Assembly (NCBI GenBank): GCA_048886685.1
Contig: JBHLKM010000001.1
Coordinates: forward strand, 358,623-422,622
Direction of reading: 5' to 3'
DNA length: 64,000 nt
DNA from: Candidatus Hodarchaeota archaeon
GTDB lineage: Archaea; Asgardarchaeota; Lokiarchaeia; Sigyniarchaeales; SOKP01
Shown: positions 38,750-49,742 of the stretch, piece after piece
Layout of the letters: every line of letters begins with the position of its first letter
Numbering within the stretch: position 1 is the first letter of the stretch
Made by a program: the position numbers and the translations under genes
The notes under the pieces: generated by a model
The model's database searches: none
What the model was told of the DNA's origin: nothing
What the model saw: only the letters and a program-made list of their open reading frames with translations

Positions 38750-40582
38750 TTATTTTGGAATATAATAAAATTCGTTTATTCTTTTCTGATAAATATCCTT
38801 ATTGCTTCCTGTTTTATTTACTCGTGGTCTTTTCGTTATCGAATCTCTCCTAAATGTAATTCCCATAATTTTTAGGAACAAATTAAATCCATCTCTTAAA
38901 TTCTGAGGTGCCATAGCCTTTCCTTCTAGCCCTGGAATACCATCAAATACTAAAATAGAATCAGCAATAAAATCTTGTGTTATTATATCATGTTCTACAA
39001 CAAATCCTGCTTTCTTTAATTCCTCAATTGATTTTCTTAAAAGTTGAGCAACTTGTAACCTCATTTCCACATCTAAAAATGCCGAAGGTTCATCTAAGAG
39101 ATAGATATCAGCATTAGTTGATAGACATTTTGCAATTGCTACTCTTTGTAATTCTCCACCACTTAATTCTGAAATTTTACGTTCCTTGAGATTTTCAAGA
39201 AGTAAACTATTAATTAATCTCTTCTTAAAAGATTGACTGAGATGAGGGGCCATTTTTATTTGAGAAATGAGATCAGAAACTAGCATATCCTCTTCCATTT
39301 TTATGTATTGAGATTTTACTGAAACTGATAACTTACCGTCATTATTACTATTATTATCATTATGACTTACAGTAGTAGCTTTATGTGCAATTGTATTTAT
39401 AAATGTAGTTTTTCCTATTCCATTAGGTCCTAAAATCCCTATTATCTCCCCAGAATGAATTTCACTCCCATTAGTGTTCAATTTAAAATTGTCTAGAGAA
39501 ACTTCGATATCCTCATAAGAGAAAATAACTTCTCCAGAACCATAAAGAGACTCTTGGGGTGGACGTTCATGAAATAAGATAGGTTCATCTCTAAATCTTA
39601 CATTTTCATCTTTAATATATCCATTCAGATAAATGTTTATTCCAACTCTTACTCCTTGAGGATGAGAAATAATTCCATATACTCCTGGTTCACCATACAA
39701 GATTGAGACGTAATCACTAAGATAATCCAATATTGCCAAATCATGTTCTACAACTATTATAGTTTTATTTTCTTCTGATAATGTTCTGATTAATTTAGCC
39801 ATATTGATTCTTTCACTAACGTCTAAATATGAGCTTGGTTCATCAAACAAATATACGTCCCCATCTTTTAGGTAAGCCGCAGCAATAGCTACTCTTTGAA
39901 GTTCTCCACCTGATAATACTGAAATGTCTCTATCTAAAATCTCCTTTAGGTTTAATTTCTCAACAATTTGATCTAACTTTTTTATTTCGTCCCCCTTACT
40001 TAAAAGATCAACTACTCTTCCCTTTACATATTTTGGGATTATAGTTATATTTTGAGGTTTATACACAATATTTAATTCATTTTCTTTAAGATCTATAAAA
40101 TATTGATGTAATTCGGAGCCTTTAAAGTGATCAATTATTTGTTTCCAATCAGGAGCATTATCTCCAAACTTACCAAGATTCAATTTTATTTCATTTGATA
40201 ATATTTTTAACATAGTACTTTTCCCTATTCCATTTTGACCGATTAAACCAAGAACTTTTCCCTTTTTAGGTATCGCCATCCGAAAGAGAGAAAATTGATC
40301 TGGTCCATAACGATAAGAAATTTGATTTTTTAAGGGGTCTGGCAAATTTACGATGCTTATAGCATTAAATGGGCATTTTTTAATACATATACCCTCTCCT
40401 GAACAGAGACTTTCTGTAATTATTACAAATTTTTCATCAGGGCTTAGTACGATGGTTTTATCTCCTGTTCTCACTCTAGGGCAATATTTTATACATGGTT
40501 TTTCTCCATAGGGGCTACATTTGTTTGGTTTACAAAAATCCTTGTTTAGAACAGCGATTCTCATTATTTGACTCACGTTCAC
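38750..40582 (-). CDS. rli: ABCE1/RLI ribosome recycling ATPase (start probably ATG 40564)
   Basis: N-terminal FeS Cys cluster, two NBDs (GQNGIGKS, GPNGIGKT, LSGGELQR x2), ITFRRD...RPRVNK hinge. Confidence 0.96.
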   Translation of the reverse strand: MNVSQIMRIAVLNKDFCKPNKCSPYGEKPCIKYCPRVRTGDKTIVLSPDEKFVIITESLCSGEGICIKKCPFNAISIVNLPDPLKNQISYRYGPDQFSLFRMAIPKKGKVLGLIGQNGIGKSTMLKILSNEIKLNLGKFGDNAPDWKQIIDHFKGSELHQYFIDLKENELNIVYKPQNITIIPKYVKGRVVDLLSKGDEIKKLDQIVEKLNLKEILDRDISVLSGGELQRVAIAAAYLKDGDVYLFDEPSSYLDVSERINMAKLIRTLSEENKTIIVVEHDLAILDYLSDYVSILYGEPGVYGIISHPQGVRVGINIYLNGYIKDENVRFRDEPILFHERPPQESLYGSGEVIFSYEDIEVSLDNFKLNTNGSEIHSGEIIGILGPNGIGKTTFINTIAHKATTVSHNDNNSNNDGKLSVSVKSQYIKMEEDMLVSDLISQIKMAPHLSQSFKKRLINSLLLENLKERKISELSGGELQRVAIAKCLSTNADIYLLDEPSAFLDVEMRLQVAQLLRKSIEELKKAGFVVEHDIITQDFIADSILVFDGIPGLEGKAMAPQNLRDGFNLFLKIMGITFRRDSITKRPRVNKTGSNKDIYQKRINEFYYIPK

Positions 40583-40699
40583 TTATAAAAAAAATAGTTG
40601 AATAAAGTGTTTGACGTTAAATAAACTATTATAAATAAAAAGAAAAGTTTTTGGTAACTGTCATGATTATTTAATCTAAAAGGGAAAATATATTATTTC

Positions 40700-42448
40700 T
40701 TGTTCATTAAAACTATAAAGAATAGCCTAAATAGTGAAGAGAATTTGAGTGAAGGTTATCCAGTTCATTGGTTAGATGAAATAATTAACAAAATTTTAAA
40801 GAGAAATGAATCTTTAATTACTTTAGCAACGGGAAAAACACCTTCTGGCTTCATTCATCTTGGAATATTACGAGAAATCATCATTTGTGATTCTATAAGA
40901 AAAATCCTCGAAGAAAAAGGTTTTGCTGTAAGATTTTTTCTATTCTTTGATAGTTTAGACGCTGCTAAAAGATTCCCGAATTATATTGATCAGAAATTTC
41001 AAAATGAACATTTAGGAAAGCCCTATTCCTACATACCATGTCCATTTCGAGATTGCCAATGTGAAAGTTATGCTCACCATTTTGGAAATGATTTATCATC
41101 GACTTTCCCTGATTTCGGGATAAAAACAGAGATAATTTGGACGCATGAATTATATAAGACCAAAAAAATGCAAGAAATGATTAAAATTGCGTTAGAAAAT
41201 ACAGAAAGAATAAAGGAAATAATGCGAAAAAATATTTTACCAACCTTAGACGATAAAAAGAAAATTAACTTTATAGAAATGCAAAAAAGTTGGATGCCGG
41301 TTATGGTAATATGTGAAAAATGTAATAAAATTCAACATCGGGAAAAAGATGGAACAATTAAACCAAATCGAGTAACTAAATACTTGAGAGAAGACCAAAA
41401 GGTAGTATATTCATGTAATTCCTGCGGTCATACAGAAAAATTATCTATTTATAGTGGTAGGTTAAAATTAAGCTGGAAAGTCGATTGGCCAGCAAAATGG
41501 GCTCTTTATAAAACAACATGTGAACCCGCAGGTAAGGATCATAGTGTCAAAGGTGGAGCTTATGTAATAGGATTAGAATTATGCCAAGAATTATATAATT
41601 ATATTGGACCTGTCACAGTACCCTATGAATGGGTAAGATTAGGTGATCGAGACATGAAAACCTCTAAGGGTATCGTTTTTACCCCTAAAAAATATCTAGA
41701 AATCGCTGATCCAGAAATATTTAAGGCAATAATTTTAAAAATTAATCCTTTAAAGCATATTTCATTTAGAATTGAAGAACTTCCCCAATATTATGATTTT
41801 TATGAAAATATGGAGGAAACTTATTTCTCAGAAATAAAGGAAGGAGAATCAAGTAAAAAAGAATTACAATATATATATCCTTTAACCCAGATTCATAAAA
41901 TACCTGATAAAAAATCCATAAGGATACCATTTAAATTATTGATTTTTCTCTCACAAGTTCAGAACATTTTAAGTCTAGAAAAATTATATGAAAAAGCAAA
42001 AGAAGCATCTAATTTAGAAAATTTTGAAAAAATAATTACCTTAGAACAATTTAAAAACCTTATTAGACAAACGACTGATTGGCTAACTGCTGTGAAAGAG
42101 GTCATTGAAACAGAAAAGAATAATAAGGTTAGAAATGAGATATTAAGAAAAATAAATATTTTTACTATTCCAAAAGATATTAACAGTGATGTCTTAAATT
42201 CATTAACAGATATACAAAAAAAAGGTATTAAATTACTAAAAGACTATCTTTCTAAAGAGGAACATTTAGATTCTGATATGATCCAGAATAAGATTTTTAC
42301 AATAGCTAATAATGATTTAGAAATAGCGCCACGTAAAATGTTTGAAGCAATTTATCAAGTTATTCTAGGAAAAAAATCAGGACCGAGGTTGGGTTCGTTT
42401 TTAACCTTATTAGATAAACAATGGTTATTGGAAAGATTGGATATATAA
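40700..42448 (+). CDS. lysS: class I lysyl-tRNA synthetase
   Basis: HW, TPSGFIHLG..RE, WKVDWPAKW, EPAGKDH, MKTSKG, GPRLGSF. Confidence 0.95.
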   Translation: MFIKTIKNSLNSEENLSEGYPVHWLDEIINKILKRNESLITLATGKTPSGFIHLGILREIIICDSIRKILEEKGFAVRFFLFFDSLDAAKRFPNYIDQKFQNEHLGKPYSYIPCPFRDCQCESYAHHFGNDLSSTFPDFGIKTEIIWTHELYKTKKMQEMIKIALENTERIKEIMRKNILPTLDDKKKINFIEMQKSWMPVMVICEKCNKIQHREKDGTIKPNRVTKYLREDQKVVYSCNSCGHTEKLSIYSGRLKLSWKVDWPAKWALYKTTCEPAGKDHSVKGGAYVIGLELCQELYNYIGPVTVPYEWVRLGDRDMKTSKGIVFTPKKYLEIADPEIFKAIILKINPLKHISFRIEELPQYYDFYENMEETYFSEIKEGESSKKELQYIYPLTQIHKIPDKKSIRIPFKLLIFLSQVQNILSLEKLYEKAKEASNLENFEKIITLEQFKNLIRQTTDWLTAVKEVIETEKNNKVRNEILRKINIFTIPKDINSDVLNSLTDIQKKGIKLLKDYLSKEEHLDSDMIQNKIFTIANNDLEIAPRKMFEAIYQVILGKKSGPRLGSFLTLLDKQWLLERLDI

Positions 42449-42486
42449 TATCAGGTGAATTTTAAAATCCACCTATTTAAACCGTT

Positions 42487-42657
42487 TTAATTTTTTTTCC
42501 TTCTGAATAATTTTCTCTTTTTCTTTTCTTTTAATTTTTTATAGCATTCAGGACAATAAGTATAAGCTTCAATAATCATTTCTCCGCATTGTTTACAATG
42601 TTTATGGGGATAAATATAAGGTTCTACTTTTTTTTTATATCTTTCGAATTTGCTCAA
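42487..42657 (-). CDS. DUF2116-like zinc-ribbon protein (56 aa, below ORF-track cutoff)
   Basis: TTG start after GGAG; MSKFERYKKKVEPYIYPHKHCKQCGEMIIEAYTYCPECYKKLKEKKKRKLFRRKKN. Confidence 0.75.
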   Translation of the reverse strand: MSKFERYKKKVEPYIYPHKHCKQCGEMIIEAYTYCPECYKKLKEKKKRKLFRRKKN

Positions 42658-42698
42658 ATTTATTCTCCTGTCGTTTTAAATATACAATATTTTATTGA

Positions 42699-43961
42699 TT
42701 ATATTTTTTTCACTCCATCTCTATCAATCTCAACTTGATAAAATCTAGCATTTTTAAGTTGTTCTGTTATTTCTACTGGATATGTAGGAAATTTTGAAAT
42801 GAAAATTCTTTTATCCTCTATAATCTCAATCAATTTATCCTTCCAATATTTTAAAATTGATTCGATTTTGTCTGGATTTACTAAAGCGAAGACTGAGCCC
42901 CCATTACCCGCTCCAGTTAATTTTGCAGCATACACATCACGATGTTCTTCAATTAATTCTATTAAAATGTTGTTTACTAAACCAATCCCATATTCAAATC
43001 CAGCTCGTTCCATTACTTTGTTCATAATTCTTGTATTTTCCTTAAAGAATTCTCCTAAAAGTTTCCAATCATGTTTCATTAAAGCAAACCTAGACTTCCA
43101 AGCTAATTCCGCTAACTTTTTATAATTATTCACTATTTTTGGGTCTTGCTGTAAGTACAATTTCCGTAATTTCCCATGAACATCACCACTATCATGAGTC
43201 ACACCAGAAAAGCATATAATTATTGGTAAACTAATTATTTCATAAGTTTCATCGATTCTATCAAAGATTGCTAAAGGTTCATGAGAGATATCTTTATGGT
43301 AAAGCTTTCCAAAATAAGAACAAAACCCTAATCCTCCCCTACTTATGATATATCGATCTGAATAACCAGATGTAACTTTTAAATCTTTATCCTCTACTTT
43401 AGTAGCAATTTCAGCAATTATATCTTTATTTATTGGATATTCATAATGCTTAACTGTGTTGAGATTGTTATATAGATTGAAATAACATGCAAGACCATAA
43501 ATGACAGCAATTATTATTGCTGTACTACCCCCTAAGCCACTTTGTGGCGGTATAGTTGATAATAATCCAATTTCGATATTTGATTTTAAAAATTTTTCAT
43601 TAAAACAAGAATTCATTTTAAGTAATCTGTATATTGTAGCATAAATTAGTCGTTGATCTTTGGATAATTTCTTTAAAATCTCACTTTTTTTCTTTGTTAA
43701 AGTTTCTTCACTTACTACCTCAAGCTTTAAATCGGATTTCGTTTGTTTAATCCTATAGATTTTTAATCTACTCTCTTGATCCAATTTTTTTATATAGAGA
43801 AATACTGACAAAGGATCATGTTTACCATTGATTGCGACCGAAGGCATCCAAAAATCTCCCTCTACAGCATCTAAGGGATTTATTAAATTGATTCTAGATG
43901 GTGCTTGGATTAATATATCTGGATTTAATTTGGAAAGAAATTCTTTAATATTATTCAGCAA
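42699..43961 (-). CDS. GHMP-family sugar kinase
   Basis: APSRI, IPPQSGLGGS, AKLTGAGNGG. Confidence 0.88.
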   Translation of the reverse strand: MLNNIKEFLSKLNPDILIQAPSRINLINPLDAVEGDFWMPSVAINGKHDPLSVFLYIKKLDQESRLKIYRIKQTKSDLKLEVVSEETLTKKKSEILKKLSKDQRLIYATIYRLLKMNSCFNEKFLKSNIEIGLLSTIPPQSGLGGSTAIIIAVIYGLACYFNLYNNLNTVKHYEYPINKDIIAEIATKVEDKDLKVTSGYSDRYIISRGGLGFCSYFGKLYHKDISHEPLAIFDRIDETYEIISLPIIICFSGVTHDSGDVHGKLRKLYLQQDPKIVNNYKKLAELAWKSRFALMKHDWKLLGEFFKENTRIMNKVMERAGFEYGIGLVNNILIELIEEHRDVYAAKLTGAGNGGSVFALVNPDKIESILKYWKDKLIEIIEDKRIFISKFPTYPVEITEQLKNARFYQVEIDRDGVKKI

Positions 43962-44219
43962 CTCTATAATATAAATTATGAAATAACTTAAATAATAATA
44001 GAATCGGTCATTTTTTTAAGTTTTGTATTCATAATTTTATTATCTATTTGAATATATAATTGAAATTCACATGACATCAAATCTTTTCATAATTCAGCCT
44101 TATTTCTTTCATTTTTAATATTGCTGATTACTGAGTTAAATAACTACCTTATTTTGCCTTATTATTTGATTATCACAAATGAGCTATGTTTTTATAATTA
44201 ATAATAAAAAATTAAATGT

Positions 44220-45338
44220 ATGATCAAAAAGGGTAAATTTCAGTTATTATCATATTTGGTTGATGAATATTTAATCTATTACAAGAGTTTAAATAAAAAC
44301 AAGAAACTTATAGCTTTTGCAATCTTTGAAGCTGTTGCAATTAACCCATTTATTGCTGCTTTAAATCAGCTTCTAAAAAAAAGGTATATCCAATATTATA
44401 CAATTCAATTGAATATATTAGGAAATATTAACAATATTTTTTTAGTAAATTTCGAAGAAATAAAAAAAGAAAGAATAATAAAGGCTTTCCATGAACTACA
44501 GCAAAAATTAGTTGAAGAAAATAAACAATATAAAATTTTAAGAAACTCTAAATTAGAAAGAAAATTTTTAGAACCAATTATAAAAAATATGGATTCAAAT
44601 GTATCACTTATGAAACATGGTGAATCTATATTAGTCCTAAACAACGATAAATCATATCTATTAGATTTTTATTATATAGATTTTAATTATTTAGAAAAAA
44701 AGGATACTTTTATCAATAATTTTATAAAAATTATTAATAATTATGATCGAGAAGGGTACTTAATCCTTAATTTTAAAATAGATAATAATGAAGAAATTAA
44801 ATTTAGTCCTTATTTTGTTGAATACATTACTAAAACCGATGATTCATTTAAAATTGAGAATAATATCAATACTTTCTTCAATCATAATTTATTAAAAAGG
44901 TATAATTTAAAGATTAAAGAAATCTTTATTTATTTATGGAGATTAGGAATCTCTAACGGCGTTTTTCCCCTAAAATATCTTAATTTATCATCTACAACTA
45001 AGAACCAAAACACTTTAACAAGGTTAGTAAAATTTAATCAAGAACTTGAACAAAATCTATTAAAATATCAATTAGAGTATATTAGGTTTAGTAAAAATTT
45101 ATTATTCATTGAAGAAAAATTTTTATTTATAATTTTAACAAAATTGGATTCAGATTATATCCAAAAAATAATTGAAAAGCATCATTCGAAATATTTCATA
45201 TATATCACAATTTTAAGTAAAAAAGAGTTAGAGAAATTAGTAAATATCACAAATTTAAAATCTCTACATAATATACAGGTTTTAAATTCAAATGAAATTG
45301 TAAATTTGGACTATAACATATTTAAGAAAAACAGATAA
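44220..45338 (+). CDS. hypothetical protein
   Basis: 372-aa ORF, no recognised motif. Confidence 0.6.
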   Translation: MIKKGKFQLLSYLVDEYLIYYKSLNKNKKLIAFAIFEAVAINPFIAALNQLLKKRYIQYYTIQLNILGNINNIFLVNFEEIKKERIIKAFHELQQKLVEENKQYKILRNSKLERKFLEPIIKNMDSNVSLMKHGESILVLNNDKSYLLDFYYIDFNYLEKKDTFINNFIKIINNYDREGYLILNFKIDNNEEIKFSPYFVEYITKTDDSFKIENNINTFFNHNLLKRYNLKIKEIFIYLWRLGISNGVFPLKYLNLSSTTKNQNTLTRLVKFNQELEQNLLKYQLEYIRFSKNLLFIEEKFLFIILTKLDSDYIQKIIEKHHSKYFIYITILSKKELEKLVNITNLKSLHNIQVLNSNEIVNLDYNIFKKNR

Positions 45339-45602
45339 TTAAAATATCCCTAATTCGATAGCAATATCTTGAGCAGAATTATCAGGATGAAGCTTTATAA
45401 ATGCTTTTTTCTCTCCTTTAGGTGTTATCATTGTATTTACCTTTATCACCTTTACATTATGTATTCTTTCGATTGCTTTTTTAATTTGATTTTTATTTGC
45501 TGATCTATCAACAATAAAAACTAATTTGTTTTCTTTTTCAATTAAATCAAATGTCTTTTCAGTAATTAATGGTCTTTTAACTATTGTATAAAATTTTTCC
45601 AA
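45339..45602 (-). CDS. rpl23: 50S ribosomal protein L23
   Basis: [29 protein letters not shown]. Confidence 0.97.
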   Translation of the reverse strand: MEKFYTIVKRPLITEKTFDLIEKENKLVFIVDRSANKNQIKKAIERIHNVKVIKVNTMITPKGEKKAFIKLHPDNSAQDIAIELGIF

Positions 45603-45603
45603 A

Positions 45604-46392
45604 TTAAATTAACACCTCTATATTATTCAATTCGTTAAAAGCAGATTGAGACCATAGTATTAACCTACCTGAAACACCACCCGGAGCTAAATTATCAATT
45701 GATATGTTTTCAAACTTAATTACATCTGTTCCTGGAATATTTCTTGAGGCTTTAACAATTCCAAAATCATCTTTTATTATGATTAATATCCCTTTTTTGT
45801 GTTTATATTTACGTCCTCTTCCTTTACCTTTTCCACTCCTTATTTTTCTACTCTTCTTTATTTTATTTAATTCTTCTTCAAACCCCAAATTATTTAGAAT
45901 TGAAAACATTTGTTCTGTTTTTTTAATAGTTTGAATTTTATCATCAATAACTAGAGGTAATTCTGGGAGATTATCAATATTATGCCCTCGCTTCAAAACC
46001 CAATATTTATCCCCAGAAGCAGAAATTGCTGAAATAATTGATAGCTTCTTCGTTTTTTTATTAATTTTTTTGTCGAGCACTTTTTCAGATTTAATAGGGT
46101 GTGTACGGCGTCCTCCTTTTGCAAAAGGAACCCTTCCAACATTTCTTGCTGTAGGAAAGCCGGATCCCTTTCTTCTAGGTGCTCGAGACATACCATAACC
46201 AGTGCCCCAACTCTCTGAAATATTTTTTAATCCCGCTCCTATATCTCTTCCTTGACTTTGTTTGGTTTTGCTCTGAGAGACATTGGTAGCCACTTGAATA
46301 AGATCCTTTCTAGGTTTAACATTAAAGATTTCAGGTTTATCAATTAAACCTTTCTTTTTTCCATCTAAATCATAAATATTGATTTTTTCCAT
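45604..46392 (-). CDS. rpl4: 50S ribosomal protein L4
   Basis: [31 protein letters not shown]. Confidence 0.97.
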   Translation of the reverse strand: MEKINIYDLDGKKKGLIDKPEIFNVKPRKDLIQVATNVSQSKTKQSQGRDIGAGLKNISESWGTGYGMSRAPRRKGSGFPTARNVGRVPFAKGGRRTHPIKSEKVLDKKINKKTKKLSIISAISASGDKYWVLKRGHNIDNLPELPLVIDDKIQTIKKTEQMFSILNNLGFEEELNKIKKSRKIRSGKGKGRGRKYKHKKGILIIIKDDFGIVKASRNIPGTDVIKFENISIDNLAPGGVSGRLILWSQSAFNELNNIEVLI

Positions 46393-46413
46393 GAAGACAC
46401 CTTTTATTTAATT

Positions 46414-47442
46414 TTATTTCCTTTGGTGGCTTTCTCGACTTATAAATGTAATTTCCGGAGATTTAACTAAAAAGGATTTCAATGGTCTTATTGTTTTTCT
46501 TATCCTTATTAGGCGTTTCTTAGGACCTGGTACAGATCCTAGTACTAACAAATAATCGCCTTGGATTTTACCGTAACGAATATATCCCCCCTTTGGATTA
46601 ATTTCTTCCTCATTTTCGCCTAATAGCATAATTCTTTTGTGATATTCCGTTCTCTGGTGATATCCCAGTTGTCCAGCACGGGGTACTGTGTAGAGAACTC
46701 TAGCTGGATGCCATGGTCCAATACAAGCTACAGCTCTCCTTATTTTACTATTTTTTCTTGATAAAATTTTAATTCCAAATCTTTTAACAGGACCTTGAAA
46801 ACCCTTACCCTTTGTTACAGCAATTATGTCAACAAGTTCACCCTCGCTTAAAACATCTCTAGCTCTAATTTCGTTACCCAAGTTTTCAAAAGCAAAATCA
46901 AATTCTTCTTGTGGGCGATTTAAAGAATTTACTTTAATTTCTATTATGTCTGGCTTTTTTCTAGGCAAAGAAGTCTTATAAGGTTGAGTTTGAAATATTC
47001 CCCTAATCTCACTTGTATCATTTAATTCTTTTATAATATTCTTTTTTGTATTATTAATATCAGATTTTTCAAAATTGGGAGGACTAACTTTTCGAATTAT
47101 AAAATTGTTAAATTCATTAGTAAATATTTCACCAACTAGATATTTCCCATACTCATCTTCGTTATACACTCGAATACCTATAAGAATTAATGGAGGAACC
47201 TCAATTACAGTAACCGGTTTCATTAATTCTTTTCCATAATAAGGACTATTTGGTTGATCTTCTATATAAATTACATGAGTCATTCCCGCTTTAAAACCAG
47301 CGAATCCAAGGAAATTAATCTCTTTTAAATTGTCTAGCCAATGCCTTATTCGACCTTTTTCTGAAGCAGCTCTTTTTCTAGGAAGAAATGCTAACGATCC
47401 GTGTCTTGGTGCATGCTTTTTACGATGACCCATAATAATCAC
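46414..47442 (-). CDS. rpl3: 50S ribosomal protein L3 (start probably ATG 47433)
   Basis: PRHGSLAFLPRKRA, GFKAGMTH, KGKGFQGPVKR, GQLGYHQRTE. Confidence 0.98.
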   Translation of the reverse strand: MIIMGHRKKHAPRHGSLAFLPRKRAASEKGRIRHWLDNLKEINFLGFAGFKAGMTHVIYIEDQPNSPYYGKELMKPVTVIEVPPLILIGIRVYNEDEYGKYLVGEIFTNEFNNFIIRKVSPPNFEKSDINNTKKNIIKELNDTSEIRGIFQTQPYKTSLPRKKPDIIEIKVNSLNRPQEEFDFAFENLGNEIRARDVLSEGELVDIIAVTKGKGFQGPVKRFGIKILSRKNSKIRRAVACIGPWHPARVLYTVPRAGQLGYHQRTEYHKRIMLLGENEEEINPKGGYIRYGKIQGDYLLVLGSVPGPKKRLIRIRKTIRPLKSFLVKSPEITFISRESHQRK

Positions 47443-47563
47443 TAACTTTTAGAATGGAATTTTTCAAAATAAATAAATTTTTTCATTCCTACTTAAAATT
47501 GCTGGTTTTCACAGACGAATAAAAAAGGGCTATTTAAATTTTTATATACAAAAAGAAATTTAA

Positions 47564-49726
47564 ATGATTTTAAAGAATGCTAGCTTTTTTCAAGAAAAAG
47601 AAAATTTAACTGGTAAAAAAGAAACAATTTTAATTATCGATTGTAAAAAATGCCTTGAAAAAGAAGAAAATATCACAGGGAATAAGCAATGTTTAAATTG
47701 CTTATTTTATAATTTGTATTTCTATAAAGATAAAAAGTTTGATTCGATTTCAATATTATCTAGTGATCAATTAATTCAATATCGTCAATTTGAGCCAATT
47801 TTAGAATATTATAAAAAGTTAAAAAAAATCAACACGATAATTAAGAAGTTTTTAAATATAAGAAACGTAAAATGCAATTTTGAGGAATTTAAATGCGAGA
47901 ACTTTCAGAGTTTTTCCAAAGTAAATAGAATACGCGAGTTTGAATATTATGATCCTATATTTATATATAAAATATTATTAAAGGTGAATTCTGATTTTAG
48001 AAAAAAAGTATTAAAAAATCCAATTTGCCGAAAATGTCAGAATTATATTGAAGATTTATTAGAATCCCTATTAAAAATATTCAATAACTTGGAATTAATC
48101 AAAGGTTATAATAAATTTAATAATAAGAATGGCAATTTTTATGATTTTCTACTTGCCAGCTCTTCTATTTTGGCTAAAAAAACACAAGAAAATCGAAAAT
48201 TATCTGAAATAGAGAATAACAAATTATTAGCCACTTATAACATCGGAGGATATGAAAATTTTCAAGTGTGGATACATCAAATCCCATACGAGAATGAAAA
48301 ACTATATAGTGTAAAAATAATTCTTGAGGAAGATGAGGAGGAGGATTATTTTAATAGGATTATAAACGATATCATTTTAAATGTAAAAGTCCCCGAATTT
48401 GAACGAATTATTCCCTTGGAAAAACTAATAGATCTCTATAAAAAAGAATCAATATCTTTATTAAAATCAAAATATAGACTTTCAGAGCCAACATTAGAGA
48501 AATATGGCTTCATCGCAGCATTAAAAAAATTGTTTTTATATAAAATATTTCCACTTTTACTTGATGATCATATAGAAGAAATTTTCTTAGACTCTCCTGA
48601 TGATGAAATATATTTAAATCATCAGACATTTGGCCGATGTCGAACTATAATAAGATTCAGTTCAAAAGAAATTGAACGATTTAAAACATTGTTTAGACTA
48701 TACAGTGGTAAGAGACTTGATTACATGAATCCAAGTATAAAATTAGTAATTAAAAACCATTATTTTAATTGTAGATTTGCAGTAGATACCGAACCTATTC
48801 AAATTGATACATTTGCTTTGGATATTAGAAAATTAAATAAAAATATATTTACAATACAGGATTTATTGAAAAATGATACATTAGATCCAAAAATAGCTGC
48901 GTTCTTATATTTTGTTCTCTTAAGAAGAAGAAATATAACAATTACTGGTGAAACAGACACAGGTAAAACAACCTTAATTAATACATTAGATTTATTAACT
49001 CCAAAAGAGTTAAGGAAAATATATATCGAAAACGTAACTGAATCACTAAAACAGTCTGATTCAGGCAACCATCAACTAAAATATCGAGTCGATTCTTTAG
49101 AAGAACCGCCTTTTAGAAAGTATTCAAAAAGTAATATTATCAAAACACTCTTACACCGCTCTCCTGATATAATATATTTGGGAGAAATTTTAACCAAAGA
49201 GGAAGCGGAAGCAATGTTTCATTGTTTAGCAGCTGGATTAAAAGGATTTCAAACAATTCATTCAAATAATATAAATTCATTAATAAATCGCTTTCTCTAT
49301 CATTTTAATATAAATGAATCGTGTCTTTCTGATTTAGACTTACTGATATTAATGAAAAAAGAATTTAATAAAAGACGAATATTTTCTATTTCTGAAATTA
49401 AAAAGAATACAAGTAAAGGAAACAGTTTCTGTAGTATAATCTTTAAATATGACCCCTTGTCAAAAGATTGGAAATTATTGAAATCCCTCTATGAAACGGA
49501 GGTATTAACCGAAATTATCGAATATGAAAATTTATCGAAAGAAAAATTTACGTCTTTTATGAAGGTTTATAATGAAATTTTTGAATTTATCTCTAGTATT
49601 AAAAGACTAGATAACACTAAATTAATCAATTTGTTTCATAGAATCTCTTATTATTCGTTTATTTCTATTGAATCTCTTAATCAATTCTGGAATAACTGGA
49701 AAAATAAGAGGGCTTTAAAACATTAA
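47564..49726 (+). CDS. type II/IV secretion (TadA/CpaF/VirB11-like) ATPase with Cys-rich N-terminus
   Basis: IEEIFLD, DIRK, GETDTGKTT Walker A, RSPDIIYLGE Walker B, FQTIHS His box. Confidence 0.88.
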   Translation: MILKNASFFQEKENLTGKKETILIIDCKKCLEKEENITGNKQCLNCLFYNLYFYKDKKFDSISILSSDQLIQYRQFEPILEYYKKLKKINTIIKKFLNIRNVKCNFEEFKCENFQSFSKVNRIREFEYYDPIFIYKILLKVNSDFRKKVLKNPICRKCQNYIEDLLESLLKIFNNLELIKGYNKFNNKNGNFYDFLLASSSILAKKTQENRKLSEIENNKLLATYNIGGYENFQVWIHQIPYENEKLYSVKIILEEDEEEDYFNRIINDIILNVKVPEFERIIPLEKLIDLYKKESISLLKSKYRLSEPTLEKYGFIAALKKLFLYKIFPLLLDDHIEEIFLDSPDDEIYLNHQTFGRCRTIIRFSSKEIERFKTLFRLYSGKRLDYMNPSIKLVIKNHYFNCRFAVDTEPIQIDTFALDIRKLNKNIFTIQDLLKNDTLDPKIAAFLYFVLLRRRNITITGETDTGKTTLINTLDLLTPKELRKIYIENVTESLKQSDSGNHQLKYRVDSLEEPPFRKYSKSNIIKTLLHRSPDIIYLGEILTKEEAEAMFHCLAAGLKGFQTIHSNNINSLINRFLYHFNINESCLSDLDLLILMKKEFNKRRIFSISEIKKNTSKGNSFCSIIFKYDPLSKDWKLLKSLYETEVLTEIIEYENLSKEKFTSFMKVYNEIFEFISSIKRLDNTKLINLFHRISYYSFISIESLNQFWNNWKNKRALKH

Positions 49727-49742
49727 ATTTTAAATCTCTTTT

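Noticed and set aside
42769-42780. ATTTCTACTGGA, identical to the left ORB core
   Set aside because: Single copy inside the GHMP kinase coding sequence (PVEI), lacks the AGGA tail and a partner; probably chance
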